This document shows positions 37,174-47,289 of a stretch of DNA of 64,000 nt, in pieces. A program made the translations under genes and the position numbers. How positions within the stretch are numbered: position 1 is the first letter of the stretch; every line of letters begins with the position of its first letter. This DNA comes from an uncultured bacterium (lineage in GTDB: Bacteria > Desulfobacterota_D > UBA1144 > Nemesobacterales > UBA2774). The notes under the pieces were generated by a model, which worked only from the letters and a program-made list of their open reading frames with translations, was not told where the DNA came from and did no database searches. Location: positions 640,001 to 704,000 of the forward strand of contig CAVPJU010000006.1 of assembly GCA_963705505.1 (NCBI GenBank), given 5' to 3'.

Positions 37174-40100
37174 TGCGGTTAAGAAAGAGGTCCTCGTCTT
37201 TGTGATTGGTTTGGGAATAACTGACCCCGAAGCCAAAAGGACCTTGAACGCCATGGCCCTTGCGGGTGGTACTCATACTCAAGGAGTAATACAGCACGTG
37301 GGGCCGGACGGAGATGACGTACCCGGATCGGTAAATCTGGACGATACGCAAATATTCCCTCAGGACGCGGCATTTGATGTCTTCAAAAACCTTGCTAAAG
37401 CAAAAGATATAGATACGAGTCCGGCGACGGCCCAGCTTCAGGGTTGTAAAAACACTACCGCAAACAGAAGCGAAAACGGGCAATGCCAGTTCCAGAGTGT
37501 AAACATCTTTAACAATAATTTTTTCAATACGGGCGCTCCCTTTAACGATAGCGATAAGCAGCTTAAGGATTTCGCATTTTTTGTTAACAGCCCCGAGGAG
37601 CTGGCGGCGGCTCTGCACGACATAGCGGGGAAAATAAAGGTTTTCAGCACGTCGGGTGTGTCTCCTACCGCTCCCCAGTCATCAACCGCGGTCGCTTTAA
37701 GAGACCGTATCTTCATGTCGATCCTCACACCTATAACGACGGATAGACTGTGGCAGGGAAGACTCGCTCTTTACGGATTTGTGGATGTACCGGAGAATGA
37801 GGGGAATAAGGAAGTAATAAGAAGGCCTCCGGCCGGCGCTGACCTCGACGACCCCGATGTGGTAAAGGGTCTCGCGATATTCGACGACGATGGCAAGCTT
37901 AACAACAACGCAAAGCAGTTTTTCTGGGATGCCGGGAAGGAGCTGGCCGAGAGGGATATAGTATCATCCGCCCGGAATCTCTATACGGTTAAAGCCCCCG
38001 ATTTGATCGCCGGAGATAATGTCGAGGACCCGCCGTTCAGCGGATCGGATTTCGTGACCTCGGGAAACGTTATAAGGTATAAAGGCCCGCTTGTGAAGCT
38101 CAATGATGAAAACGCTCCCCTTAATCCGGGTCAGTTCGGTATAAGCGACAGCGATGTCGTCAGTCCTATACCTGATTACTGTGTTCCGACAGGCGGCAAC
38201 GCGACGGATTGTGACGGTTCTTCCGGAATTGTTAACTGTACTGATGTGACTACGACCGACTGCAGGACGTGTGTTAAGGAATGTATGAGGGATAAAATTA
38301 TAGACTTTTTAATCGGCAACACGGGCATAGCCACCGTGGGCGACCCGATGGGTTCGCCGTCTTTCGACCCCCAGCCCGCTCAGGACGACGGCGCAGAGCC
38401 CTTTACATCTATGGGATATAACTGCCCTGACCCCGAGGATAGCAACGGAAACGGGGATTTGGGCAGCCTGGATACATGCTCGGTTCGCCTCGGAGACATA
38501 TTCCACTCGAACCCTGTCGTCGTGGGCTCGCCGTCGCCGCTCTTTTTCGATGCGGGATTCCAGCAGTTCGCCGTCAATTTCAAAGACAGGTCAGCGGTAG
38601 TCTATGTCGGGGCGAACGACGGATTTATCCATGCATTTCATGCGGGCGAGTACAAGGACCCCAATGCTGAGGGAGCGCAGGCTGCGGACAAGACCAATCC
38701 TTTTACTTTGAAAGAGGAGCTATTCCCGTTCTTCGACGAGGGCACAGGGTTTGAGCTTTTCGGAGTCGCGATGCCGACCTATTTGGCGGACTCCCTGGCT
38801 ACACCGTCGAATACGGCTAACTCTCCGGCGAATATCGTGTTTGGCACGCCGGCTCCGCCTGATTACAGGACGGGTGATTTTAAATCGTTCGTGCTCGATA
38901 ATTTCGCCCAAAGGTCGTTCTCGGACGGGTCCCCCATAATCGGGGACGTTTTCATAGACGGCTTTCCCAACGGTATTGAATTGAATGATGATTCGCCGGA
39001 TACATGCGAGGAATCCGTTGATACTCCCGACGGGGAGATCGACCTGTGCGGCAGAGAATGGCATACGGTGCTTCTGGCGGGCTCACAGAATGGAGGCGGG
39101 GCTTACACAGCGCTCGACGTGACCAATCCGGCCTGCGGTGAGAATTGCGGGACAACCGATACTTTACATGAACATATTGAGAACGGCTCGGATACGCTCG
39201 AGTATCCGAAGCATATGTGGACTATTTTCGACAGAGATTTCGGCAATACATGGTCAACTCCCTCTATGGGCAGGATAAGGTTAAAAATTACAGAAGGTGA
39301 TGAGACTAAGACCGCGGACAGGTGGGTAATGTTCGTTGGAGGAGGTCTCGACCCTCTGGATATCGATCCTACTAACGGAGTTAATTTCGGAAATGCTTTT
39401 GTAGTCGTAGATATAAGCACCGGTAAAGAGATATTTAAGTTCCATCCCACACGCCCTATACCGTCCGGTGGTTCGGCGCTTCCGAATGTCAGCGATATGG
39501 TGTGTGATGTGCCGAGCAGGGTGGCTGCGGTGGATATCAATTCCGACGGTTATACGGACCTCGCTTATTTCGGTGATTCATGCGGAAGGATGTGGAGGTT
39601 CGATGTCTCTATGCCGATCGAGGTCGACGGAAGCATTTCTCAAAGCGGACCCGGCGGGAATATGACGATGGTGGCTGAAGACTGGGCCGGACAGATAGCG
39701 TTTTGTGCGAACACCAGCTCGCAATGTTTGACTAGCCAGAATCAACCCAAGGTCCCGACTGCTGACCTTGAACCGATTTATTTTGCTCCGACGATAGTTC
39801 TCGATGACCTGGGGAGACGACACGTGATCTTTGTTACGGGGGACCGGAGGGACCCGAGCAGCACAACTAAATCCGGAAAGCTTTATAATTTCATCGATGA
39901 CTACATACCCGCGTTCCTGGCAGGCGGGACTGCACAAGGCGGTCAGACTATCAAGACCGCCACGACTCTGATTTCTGCAAACCAGGTCATAGATCTTCAA
40001 GCGCAGTCTGGGATCAACGGGCAGTTTATTTCGTCCAAAGGTAACAATTTCAGCTCAACCCAGGGCGAGTTCTTAGTAAGATTCCCTGCTAACCTCGGCA

Positions 40101-40516
40101 ATCCGCAGCTCGGTGAAAAGGGGTTCGGCGTGCCCGTCGTTATCAACAGGGTCCTGATATTTACTACTTATGCTCCTGAGGTGGGTTCGGGTAACCCATG
40201 TACCAGCGGCACCGGGTTAGGACGGATATTCGCGCTCGATTTTATAACGGGAGCGTCTGCACTGTCGAGGATTCCGGGAGTCATCCGAAGCGATATACTA
40301 AAAGGCACAGACGCTCAAAAAAGCGCGGCGGCGGGCTCTACTGTCGCTGAGGGTATGCCGACGCCCGCTCAGCTTACGTTCGGTGCCAGGGGCTCGGTGC
40401 TAATGTCCGTAGCGTTTACGGGAGGCCCGGTTGAGGGCGGCTCACAGTTCATCGTCTGGGAGCTTCCGCCGCTTCCCACAAGGACACAGACGCTCTTCTG
40501 GGAAGAAGTGCTTTAA
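37163..40516 (+). CDS. pilY1: PilY1-like tip adhesin, C-terminal part (end of vWA plus PilC/PilY1 beta-propeller)
   Basis: VFVIGLG..LNAMALAGGT, WQGRL, LGDIFHSNPVVV, YVGANDGFIHAF, DINSDGYTD Ca-loop, G.MWRFD, terminal WEE. Confidence 0.85.
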   Translation: MVRNAVKKEVLVFVIGLGITDPEAKRTLNAMALAGGTHTQGVIQHVGPDGDDVPGSVNLDDTQIFPQDAAFDVFKNLAKAKDIDTSPATAQLQGCKNTTANRSENGQCQFQSVNIFNNNFFNTGAPFNDSDKQLKDFAFFVNSPEELAAALHDIAGKIKVFSTSGVSPTAPQSSTAVALRDRIFMSILTPITTDRLWQGRLALYGFVDVPENEGNKEVIRRPPAGADLDDPDVVKGLAIFDDDGKLNNNAKQFFWDAGKELAERDIVSSARNLYTVKAPDLIAGDNVEDPPFSGSDFVTSGNVIRYKGPLVKLNDENAPLNPGQFGISDSDVVSPIPDYCVPTGGNATDCDGSSGIVNCTDVTTTDCRTCVKECMRDKIIDFLIGNTGIATVGDPMGSPSFDPQPAQDDGAEPFTSMGYNCPDPEDSNGNGDLGSLDTCSVRLGDIFHSNPVVVGSPSPLFFDAGFQQFAVNFKDRSAVVYVGANDGFIHAFHAGEYKDPNAEGAQAADKTNPFTLKEELFPFFDEGTGFELFGVAMPTYLADSLATPSNTANSPANIVFGTPAPPDYRTGDFKSFVLDNFAQRSFSDGSPIIGDVFIDGFPNGIELNDDSPDTCEESVDTPDGEIDLCGREWHTVLLAGSQNGGGAYTALDVTNPACGENCGTTDTLHEHIENGSDTLEYPKHMWTIFDRDFGNTWSTPSMGRIRLKITEGDETKTADRWVMFVGGGLDPLDIDPTNGVNFGNAFVVVDISTGKEIFKFHPTRPIPSGGSALPNVSDMVCDVPSRVAAVDINSDGYTDLAYFGDSCGRMWRFDVSMPIEVDGSISQSGPGGNMTMVAEDWAGQIAFCANTSSQCLTSQNQPKVPTADLEPIYFAPTIVLDDLGRRHVIFVTGDRRDPSSTTKSGKLYNFIDDYIPAFLAGGTAQGGQTIKTATTLISANQVIDLQAQSGINGQFISSKGNNFSSTQGEFLVRFPANLGNPQLGEKGFGVPVVINRVLIFTTYAPEVGSGNPCTSGTGLGRIFALDFITGASALSRIPGVIRSDILKGTDAQKSAAAGSTVAEGMPTPAQLTFGARGSVLMSVAFTGGPVEGGSQFIVWELPPLPTRTQTLFWEEVL

Positions 40517-40531
40517 GGAGAAGGTGTATTA

Positions 40532-41197
40532 ATGAGGCTTTTCCGCAATTCCGAGGGATTCAGTCTTATCGAAGTCCTGGTAGTAATCTCGATCATGGTG
40601 ATCGTTATGGCGATAGGATCGTCCTATATTACGGGCAATTTCGCTAAACGCCGCTCTGTTGACGAGGTGACGAATAACATATCGTCCATGCTTCAGCTCG
40701 GCAAGCTGAAATCCGTGAGGGACGGGGTTGAATACAGGGTCGTTTTAGCTAAATGCAATAACGTAAATCAGACAATCCCCGATTGCCCCAAATGTAATTC
40801 ATTGGCAAGTTATGATGAATACCAGGCCGGGGATAAAGAAATATCGCTTATATTGGAGAGGGGTGACAGCAACATAGATTCCACAGTATGGTGCATACAG
40901 TCGGCTCACACGAAGAGGTTTCAATCCGAGCTCGAACTCGTAGCCTCCGATAATTTATCAGACCCCGATAACCCGCTTAACTTTACTTTCGTCCCCAACG
41001 GGCTGAGGAAAGATTTCGCGACCGATATAAATAATGAGATATTGACTATAAAGCCGGCAAGCGGTTCCAAGATAGAGAATTGCGGGCAGATACAAGTATC
41101 TCCGACGGGGGGCATATCCGTAATCGAGGGCAGATGGAATGGTTCCCAATGCAATCCGATCCTCGATGCAAGCGTATCGCCGACTCCGGGTCCTTAG
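40532..41197 (+). CDS. Type IV minor pilin, FimU/FimT-like
   Basis: SEG|FSLIEVLVV, LQLGKLKSV, FTFVPNG, I.VSPTG.I. Confidence 0.8.
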   Translation: MRLFRNSEGFSLIEVLVVISIMVIVMAIGSSYITGNFAKRRSVDEVTNNISSMLQLGKLKSVRDGVEYRVVLAKCNNVNQTIPDCPKCNSLASYDEYQAGDKEISLILERGDSNIDSTVWCIQSAHTKRFQSELELVASDNLSDPDNPLNFTFVPNGLRKDFATDINNEILTIKPASGSKIENCGQIQVSPTGGISVIEGRWNGSQCNPILDASVSPTPGP

Positions 41198-41220
41198 ATA
41201 TATAATTACCAGGAGGTAAG

Positions 41221-41487
41221 ATGTTGAAAAGAACACTTATATTGATAGCCGCTCTGTTGTTTAGTTCATTAACTTATCCTGTCTTTGCTGCGGATAATAA
41301 CGGTGAATCTGACAACTCCTCCGCTCAACAGGATAAGAATTCGGATTTTGATGACTGGTACAAACCCGACGACGCCTACCAGCCGGATGATAAGAATCAG
41401 CCGACCGAGAACGTCGTTAGCCCCAATGGCGGCGAGGACGAGCCGAGAGTTGCCCCTCTTGAAGATACACGCCAAAAGGAGCAGTAG
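41221..41487 (+). CDS. Small acidic secreted protein
   Basis: SD AGGAGG, signal peptide ending VFA, Asp/Asn/Gln-rich mature region. Confidence 0.7.
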   Translation: MLKRTLILIAALLFSSLTYPVFAADNNGESDNSSAQQDKNSDFDDWYKPDDAYQPDDKNQPTENVVSPNGGEDEPRVAPLEDTRQKEQ

Positions 41488-41558
41488 CACCGGCTCCGTA
41501 AGAGGGGATCGATGCAGCCCGCTGATTGTTTCTCTTTCTCCGTTCGCATCTCATCAGC

Positions 41559-42638
41559 TCACTTCCTGATGATGTAGTAATAATTTATGGGGTCGTGAGG
41601 GAGCTCCTTAACTTCTACTTGCAAGAACCCTGCTTGTCGGAGCATATCGCACGCAAGCTCTTTCCCCCACATAGCGCCCAATCCTCTTCCGCCCTGTGCG
41701 AGGGACACGGTCATGCAGTGTGTGCATGATACGGTATAGAGAAAAGGTGCCAGAGGGTTATCCATATTTTTATCCACGTGGCTCGAGCCCTTAATATCCT
41801 GCATAAAATAAAAGCCCTCATCTTTTAATGCTCTGTATATATTGGATAAAACGCGGCCGGGGTCTGCCTGGTCGTGCACAGCGTCGAATGTCGTTATGAG
41901 ATCGTATTTTTTCTCGTCGTTGAATTTGGAAACATCTGTTGCTGCAAATGAGATATTGGTCAAACCGTGCTCCCTTGCCTTCGCTCTTCCTCGTTCTATT
42001 GCCTCGGGTAAAAGATCGTAGCCTGTAAATTTGCTGTTCGGATATGTTTTCGCCATCTCCACCAAAGCAAAGCCGCTCCCGCACCCGACGTCTAACGCCT
42101 CGATGCCGGCTTCGAGCTTTTCCTTGATTCCTGGGATGAGCGGGAGGAGATGATCCAAGAGCGGGACGACCACTGTCTGGTTGCTTTCCTCGGACATCAC
42201 CTCGTTGAAACGGTTGTATGCCTCATAAGGGACTCCTCCTCCCTTTTTAAAGCATTCGACCAATTTGTCTTCGACCGAACCCGCTATGGAAAACCACTGT
42301 GTCGTTACCGCGAAATTGTTAGGGGTCGCCTTGCGTGTAAGCCAGGCGGCATGCTCTCCGGGGAGGTGGTATGTCCCGTTCTGCGGGAAGTACTCGACTA
42401 TTCCGCCGGTGACCATCGCACCCAGCCATTCGCGCACGTAGCGCTCGTTAAGTCCGGCTTTTCCGGCGATCTCCGCGCTCGTCGAAGGCTGCAATTCGCC
42501 CATAGCGTCGAATAAGCCGGTCCTGTGCCCGATTGAGATCATTATAGTAAGGGCGCCGTGATTCAGAACAGATATCATTTTTTCTGCGAACTGCTCTGAT
42601 TTAGCCTCATTGATATTGATGTTGCAATTGCTGCACAT
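41559..42638 (-). CDS. Class I SAM-dependent methyltransferase with N-terminal winged helix
   Basis: GLNERYVREWL, LDVGCGSG, FDAVHD, LGAMWG; SD AAGGAGGG before MCSN. Confidence 0.9.
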   Translation of the reverse strand: MCSNCNININEAKSEQFAEKMISVLNHGALTIMISIGHRTGLFDAMGELQPSTSAEIAGKAGLNERYVREWLGAMVTGGIVEYFPQNGTYHLPGEHAAWLTRKATPNNFAVTTQWFSIAGSVEDKLVECFKKGGGVPYEAYNRFNEVMSEESNQTVVVPLLDHLLPLIPGIKEKLEAGIEALDVGCGSGFALVEMAKTYPNSKFTGYDLLPEAIERGRAKAREHGLTNISFAATDVSKFNDEKKYDLITTFDAVHDQADPGRVLSNIYRALKDEGFYFMQDIKGSSHVDKNMDNPLAPFLYTVSCTHCMTVSLAQGGRGLGAMWGKELACDMLRQAGFLQVEVKELPHDPINYYYIIRK

Positions 42639-42678
42639 TCTAACATCCCTCCTTGTATGATATAAATTTACAATACAA

Positions 42679-42692
42679 ACAGACTGGTCTGT
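42679..42692. promoter_or_regulatory. TetR-like operator overlapping the -35 of the methyltransferase gene
   Basis: ACAGACTGGTCTGT near-palindrome overlapping minus-strand TTGACA (42695-42690). Confidence 0.4.
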
Positions 42693-42793
42693 CAAGTTGT
42701 ATTTTGGACCCGGACTAAAAGCTATATCGATAGCGATATGCTATGCCGGGGGGGTAGGCAAGGAAATAATCAAGATACGCGCATAATCATGCG

Positions 42794-43030
42794 TCACGCC
42801 ATAAAGGGGCTGTATGGAAATTCGGTCAGTTCCTGATCGTAACGTTTCCGCACGGCCTTGAGTTCGTCCGGATCGGGATCGCCATCGCGGAATAACCTGA
42901 CGAGTTCGCGAAAATATTCGTCCTGCGAACCCGAAGGACTGAGCAAAACCAAAAGCTTGGCTTAGGCCGGTCCATGATTGGTAAAGCCATGATGCACACC
43001 CATGCAATGAGCGGCGTCCGCTGGGATTAT
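42794..43030 (-). pseudogene. Remnant of a cupin-domain gene (C-terminal part)
   Basis: Minus frame IIPADAAHCMGVHHGFTNHGPA*AKLLVLLSPSGSQDEYFRELVRLF..ELKAVRKRYDQEL with in-frame TAA at 42962-42964. Confidence 0.55.
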
Positions 43031-43225
43031 GTCTTTGTTCTATGTAGAATAGAAATGCGGAACCACTCGCGGTATTCGGACCGCCCTCAATTATTACAGT
43101 CGTACTTTCAGGAGGGTAGTATGAGTGAAATCGGCCGCATAGACGTCCTTGACGACGGCCCGCACAAAGCTATAAATTTTATCGGTGAAAAAAATTGATA
43201 AGAGATAAGAAACAGGAGTATAGAG

Positions 43226-43780
43226 ATGGCTCTTACACCCTCGAAAATGATGCCTTTGGGGACCAAGGCCCCGCCTTTTAAGCTCTGGAGTCCCGTTAAC
43301 GAAAAGGAATTCAGTCTGGATGAGCTTAAATCCGATAAGGCTACGGTCGTTATGTTTATATGTAACCATTGCCCGTATGTAAAACATGTTCAAAGAGGGC
43401 TGGTCGAGCTCGCCAATGATTTTATTCCGGAGGGCGTATCCTTTATAGCTATTAACTCGAACGACGTAGAAAAATATCCCGAAGATTCCCCCGCGAACAT
43501 GAGGAGCGTCGCTCTCAGGCTCGGCTATCCTTTCCCGTATCTGTTCGATGAAACGCAGGAAGTGGCAAGGGCTTATGATGCCGCGTGCACACCCGATTTT
43601 TATATATTCGACGCCGGTCTCAGATGTGTATACAGGGGGCAGATGGACGATTCGAGGCCGGGTAACGGAAAGCCGGTCACGGGTAAGGATATCAGGGAAG
43701 CGCTCGACAGGATGTTAAAAGGCGACACGGTAGGAGCGGATCAAATCCCGAGCATAGGTTGCAATATCAAGTGGAAGTAG
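43226..43780 (+). CDS. Thioredoxin-like/AhpC-TSA family protein
   Basis: FICNHCPYV, AINSND, AACTPDF, YRGQMDD, PSIGCNIKW. Confidence 0.93.
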   Translation: MALTPSKMMPLGTKAPPFKLWSPVNEKEFSLDELKSDKATVVMFICNHCPYVKHVQRGLVELANDFIPEGVSFIAINSNDVEKYPEDSPANMRSVALRLGYPFPYLFDETQEVARAYDAACTPDFYIFDAGLRCVYRGQMDDSRPGNGKPVTGKDIREALDRMLKGDTVGADQIPSIGCNIKWK

Positions 43781-44028
43781 TAGTTACGAGCAATGTCGCG
43801 GAAAAATCTGCACTCCGATCTTATTTGAATGTTTGATTCAACATCGGGTAAGTTTAGCTTAGTAATGTACCGCTTTGATTTTATTAAAAGCCGGGATCTT
43901 CAAATTATCTTAAAAAATCCGGTGTAGAATTATTCAATTTGCTGGAATCCGCACAATTTATTTTTAGCTGCCCCTTTTTTTGTTTTAAAATTATCAGGTG
44001 ACTTACTGAGGTTGCAAAGGGCTTTTCG

Positions 44029-44907
44029 ATGGTAAGACATATCGCGAGAGAAACGGTTTCTTACGTCCTATGGCCACTCCTGCTTGGAATTCCCATATAT
44101 GTGGTTTCCGTGGGAATTGGATGGGGGAGACCAACGCTGTGCTTTAACGTCGCGTACTTAAGCCTGGCGGCGGCCCTATTCATACTGGAAAGGGTCATGC
44201 CCTATAGGGAAGAATGGGTGAGATCGGACGGGCAGGAATTCCCCGATTTCGCGCATACCATATTAAACAAAGGTCTAATACAGTTAGCGTTATTCCTTTT
44301 GCTGATAAGCGGAATCATAGAAACGATGGGCCATAAATCCGCCTACTCGTTCTGGCCGTCCGGGCTTCCTATGGCGGTTCAAGTCCTGATAGCGATGGTC
44401 GTAAGTGAATTCGGACTTTACTGGAAGCACCGTTTGGCTCATACCTGGGATTTTATGTGGCGTTTCCATTCGGTCCACCACAGCGTGGAGAAGCTCTGGT
44501 TCTTCAACACGGGAAGATTCCATTTCGTTGATACGTTCTGCAGTCTATTATTCAGCATACCTTTGCTTTTTGTTTTGGGTGTCCCGGGCGATGTGTTTAT
44601 ATACTTCAGCTCGATAACCGCATTCGTAGGTTTACTCACCCACTGCAATGTTTATATGCACGGAGGGATTCTTAACTATATATTCATCACCCCCAATATT
44701 CACAGGTGGCACCACTCGAAAAAGACAGAGGAGGGGAATAACAACTACGGAGAAAACCTGGTGATTTTCGATATACTTTTCGGGACCTTCTACTATCCGA
44801 AGGACCGCCACGTGGGACCGCTGGGGATCAAGGAACATATGCCGAGAGCGTTCCTCGGTCAGCTAGCGGCCCCTTTCCTCTGGCATAAATATCAGAAGAA
44901 GCGTTAA
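44029..44907 (+). CDS. Sterol desaturase/fatty acid hydroxylase family protein
   Basis: His boxes HRLAH, HSVHH, HCN, HRWHH; NYG..DILFGT. Confidence 0.92.
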   Translation: MVRHIARETVSYVLWPLLLGIPIYVVSVGIGWGRPTLCFNVAYLSLAAALFILERVMPYREEWVRSDGQEFPDFAHTILNKGLIQLALFLLLISGIIETMGHKSAYSFWPSGLPMAVQVLIAMVVSEFGLYWKHRLAHTWDFMWRFHSVHHSVEKLWFFNTGRFHFVDTFCSLLFSIPLLFVLGVPGDVFIYFSSITAFVGLLTHCNVYMHGGILNYIFITPNIHRWHHSKKTEEGNNNYGENLVIFDILFGTFYYPKDRHVGPLGIKEHMPRAFLGQLAAPFLWHKYQKKR

Positions 44908-44921
44908 GAAACAGCTTGAAA

Positions 44922-45563
44922 TTATTTTTTCCTCGTATATACGATTTCCATCACACGGGATTCTTTTCCATCTTTGCCGGTGACGTACATTTCATAGGTG
45001 TAATTATCCGCGCTCACTAATGTTGTTACACCACGGTATGATTTTTCTCCCCCTTCCTGCGGGCAGGAAAAGGTGCCCTTCTCCGTAAATGATTTTGTGG
45101 AAGGATCATAACTGCCGGTGCTCTCCATCATGCCTGTCCCCATATTATCTATCCAGACGCCGGTATATTCTTTTTCCATATTGTCGTATCCCATAATTCC
45201 CATGCCGTGAAACTCCTGACCCATCGACATGCCTTTAGCCGTCTGCTCAAGGAAACGCCCTCCCATGATCCATTTTACTTCACTCGTCCCAGTGGATTTC
45301 TGGGGTTGAGAGTCCGGGGTTTCCCACCAGGTGACTGTATAATCCCAGTTGCCGACAAGGGGCTCAAGGGCTTTGTGACCCTCGCCTGGCGTGGCATATT
45401 CCTTCCACTTGGCCATCATCTCCTGATGCATTTTATCCATTGCATCTCCCTTGGCGGGCTCAGTATTATCCTGTGCCAGCACGTTCGCTGCTTGAGCGCC
45501 CATACACAAGATCGTAATAAGCACCGAAAAACGTAAAGATTTCATAATATTGATCGTAATCAT
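44922..45563 (-). CDS. DUF1579 family secreted protein
   Basis: Signal peptide, PGEGH..L..LVGNW, GGRFL, GYDN..Y..VWIDNMGT, MEIVYTR. Confidence 0.85.
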   Translation of the reverse strand: MITINIMKSLRFSVLITILCMGAQAANVLAQDNTEPAKGDAMDKMHQEMMAKWKEYATPGEGHKALEPLVGNWDYTVTWWETPDSQPQKSTGTSEVKWIMGGRFLEQTAKGMSMGQEFHGMGIMGYDNMEKEYTGVWIDNMGTGMMESTGSYDPSTKSFTEKGTFSCPQEGGEKSYRGVTTLVSADNYTYEMYVTGKDGKESRVMEIVYTRKK

Positions 45564-45754
45564 TCTATATCGCCTCCTTTGCGTTTAATTACACCTAAAA
45601 TATTAACCGATTAATCGGGAGGATTGAAAGGTTTTTTATTGGCTGAAACGAGAGAATAAAATTTGAAGCTGTGGTTATAGATAATGTGCAATGACAGGAA
45701 GTTGGGGGATTCGGACGGCTAGTATTGGATTAGAGAGGTCGGGATTCACCGGGG

Positions 45755-46186
45755 TCAATGTATATCCGGGTCCTTATCTTTCTTTTTATCCCGCTGCCGC
45801 AGTCTTCCGAATTCTTCCCTCACCTGGTCCATGGTTTTGAATTCGTAGTTTCCCCATTCGATCGCCTCGGCTCCGAAATCAAGAAGGAGCTCTCCGGAAT
45901 TGTTGATAAGATTTAATACCTGCTCCAGGCCGGTGAATCCGATGAGGCCGGGTGTGCTTCCCTCCTCCATAAGCAGGGTGCCGTCTTTTTCGATATAGAA
46001 TTTAAAGTCAATTTCGGAACCGTAATAGACTGAAAGATAGACCGTTCCGTCTTCCCTGGTGCCGATTACGAAAACCGAATCCTGAGAGGAGAATCTCAGC
46101 TGCAGGTTATTCTCCCTGTAATAAAACTCTTTGTCCGCGAGTCTGACGAGTTCTTCAATCGATCGTATCATTTTAAGGACTTTCAT
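45755..46186 (-). CDS. Hypothetical protein
   Basis: 143-aa ORF filling the gap, protein-like composition; no family recognised. Confidence 0.6.
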   Translation of the reverse strand: MKVLKMIRSIEELVRLADKEFYYRENNLQLRFSSQDSVFVIGTREDGTVYLSVYYGSEIDFKFYIEKDGTLLMEEGSTPGLIGFTGLEQVLNLINNSGELLLDFGAEAIEWGNYEFKTMDQVREEFGRLRQRDKKKDKDPDIH

Positions 46187-46388
46187 TAATATCGTACCGG
46201 AGCTTGTATGGCCGCTGTATAATTTATTTTGCGTCCTCGTTAATTATAACAAAAGGAGTGTAGACATCGCGTATTTTCTACGGTCAATCAGAGCTTGATT
46301 TATCTCTGTAAGATGCCCTCCTTGCATTAGTTTTTCTCTCGACTATTATCTTTGCTTGAAAACCCGGTTTTCTGGTGCGTATAACCAT

Positions 46389-47168
46389 ATGGCGGAATCG
46401 CCCAAATCTATTTCGATAATACCTGTAAGGGGTATCCCGGAAATCAGGCCGGGCGACGACCTTGTAAAAATCGTATGCCTTGCGGTAAAGGAACAGGGGC
46501 TTTCGATCCTGGACGGGGATATAGTCGTTTTTGCTCAGAAGATAATATCGAAAGCCGAGAACCGTATAGTAAAATTACATGAAGTAGAGCCGTCGCCTTT
46601 CGCACTGACACTTTCGAAGGCAATCAGCAAGGACCCGCGTCTCATTGAAGTTATCCTCAGTGAAACAACGAAGATAATAAGGATGGATCAGAGGAAACCC
46701 GAAAAGGGGAGGCTGATCGTGGAGACCAGGGGAGGGATTATATCGGCCAACGCAGGCGTGGACGCCTCGAATGTATCGGGAGGCGACTCCGTGACCCTGC
46801 TCCCTGTGGATTCCGATAACTCTGCCGGGAATCTTGTACGTGGATTCAAGACCGAAACGGGCGCTCAGGTAGCGGTCATTATTACCGACACGGTCGGCAG
46901 GCCATGGAGGGAAGGGCTCGTGGATATTGCGATAGGGTGCTCGGGTATAAGACCGCTCAGGGACTATAGGGGCAGGGAGGATTCGAAGGGGCTCGTCCTT
47001 AGCGCTACCGTCATGGCCGTTGCCGATGAGATTGCCTCGGCCGCGGGGCTTGTCATGGAAAAGACTGATTCGGTCCCGGTTGTGGTAATCCGGGGGTACG
47101 GGTTTGAAAAGGGGGACGGAGGGGCAAGGGAGATGATAAGGAAGCCCGAAGACGATTTGTTCCGCTGA
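46389..47168 (+). CDS. cofE: Coenzyme F420-0:L-glutamate ligase (single-domain CofE)
   Basis: GIPEIRPGDDL, QKIISKAE, ANAGVDASN, VIITDT.GRPWREG, ADEIASAA, terminal DLFR. Confidence 0.92.
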   Translation: MAESPKSISIIPVRGIPEIRPGDDLVKIVCLAVKEQGLSILDGDIVVFAQKIISKAENRIVKLHEVEPSPFALTLSKAISKDPRLIEVILSETTKIIRMDQRKPEKGRLIVETRGGIISANAGVDASNVSGGDSVTLLPVDSDNSAGNLVRGFKTETGAQVAVIITDTVGRPWREGLVDIAIGCSGIRPLRDYRGREDSKGLVLSATVMAVADEIASAAGLVMEKTDSVPVVVIRGYGFEKGDGGAREMIRKPEDDLFR

Positions 47169-47289
47169 CGGACCTCCCGTCATTTCTCAGCCCCGAATTA
47201 TATCGGCTTCAATGGAAATGAGAGCATAATGTCAAGATGCTCCTCCCGGCAACAAAAGATCCCCTCCGGGTGATATAATTAGCTAACCT

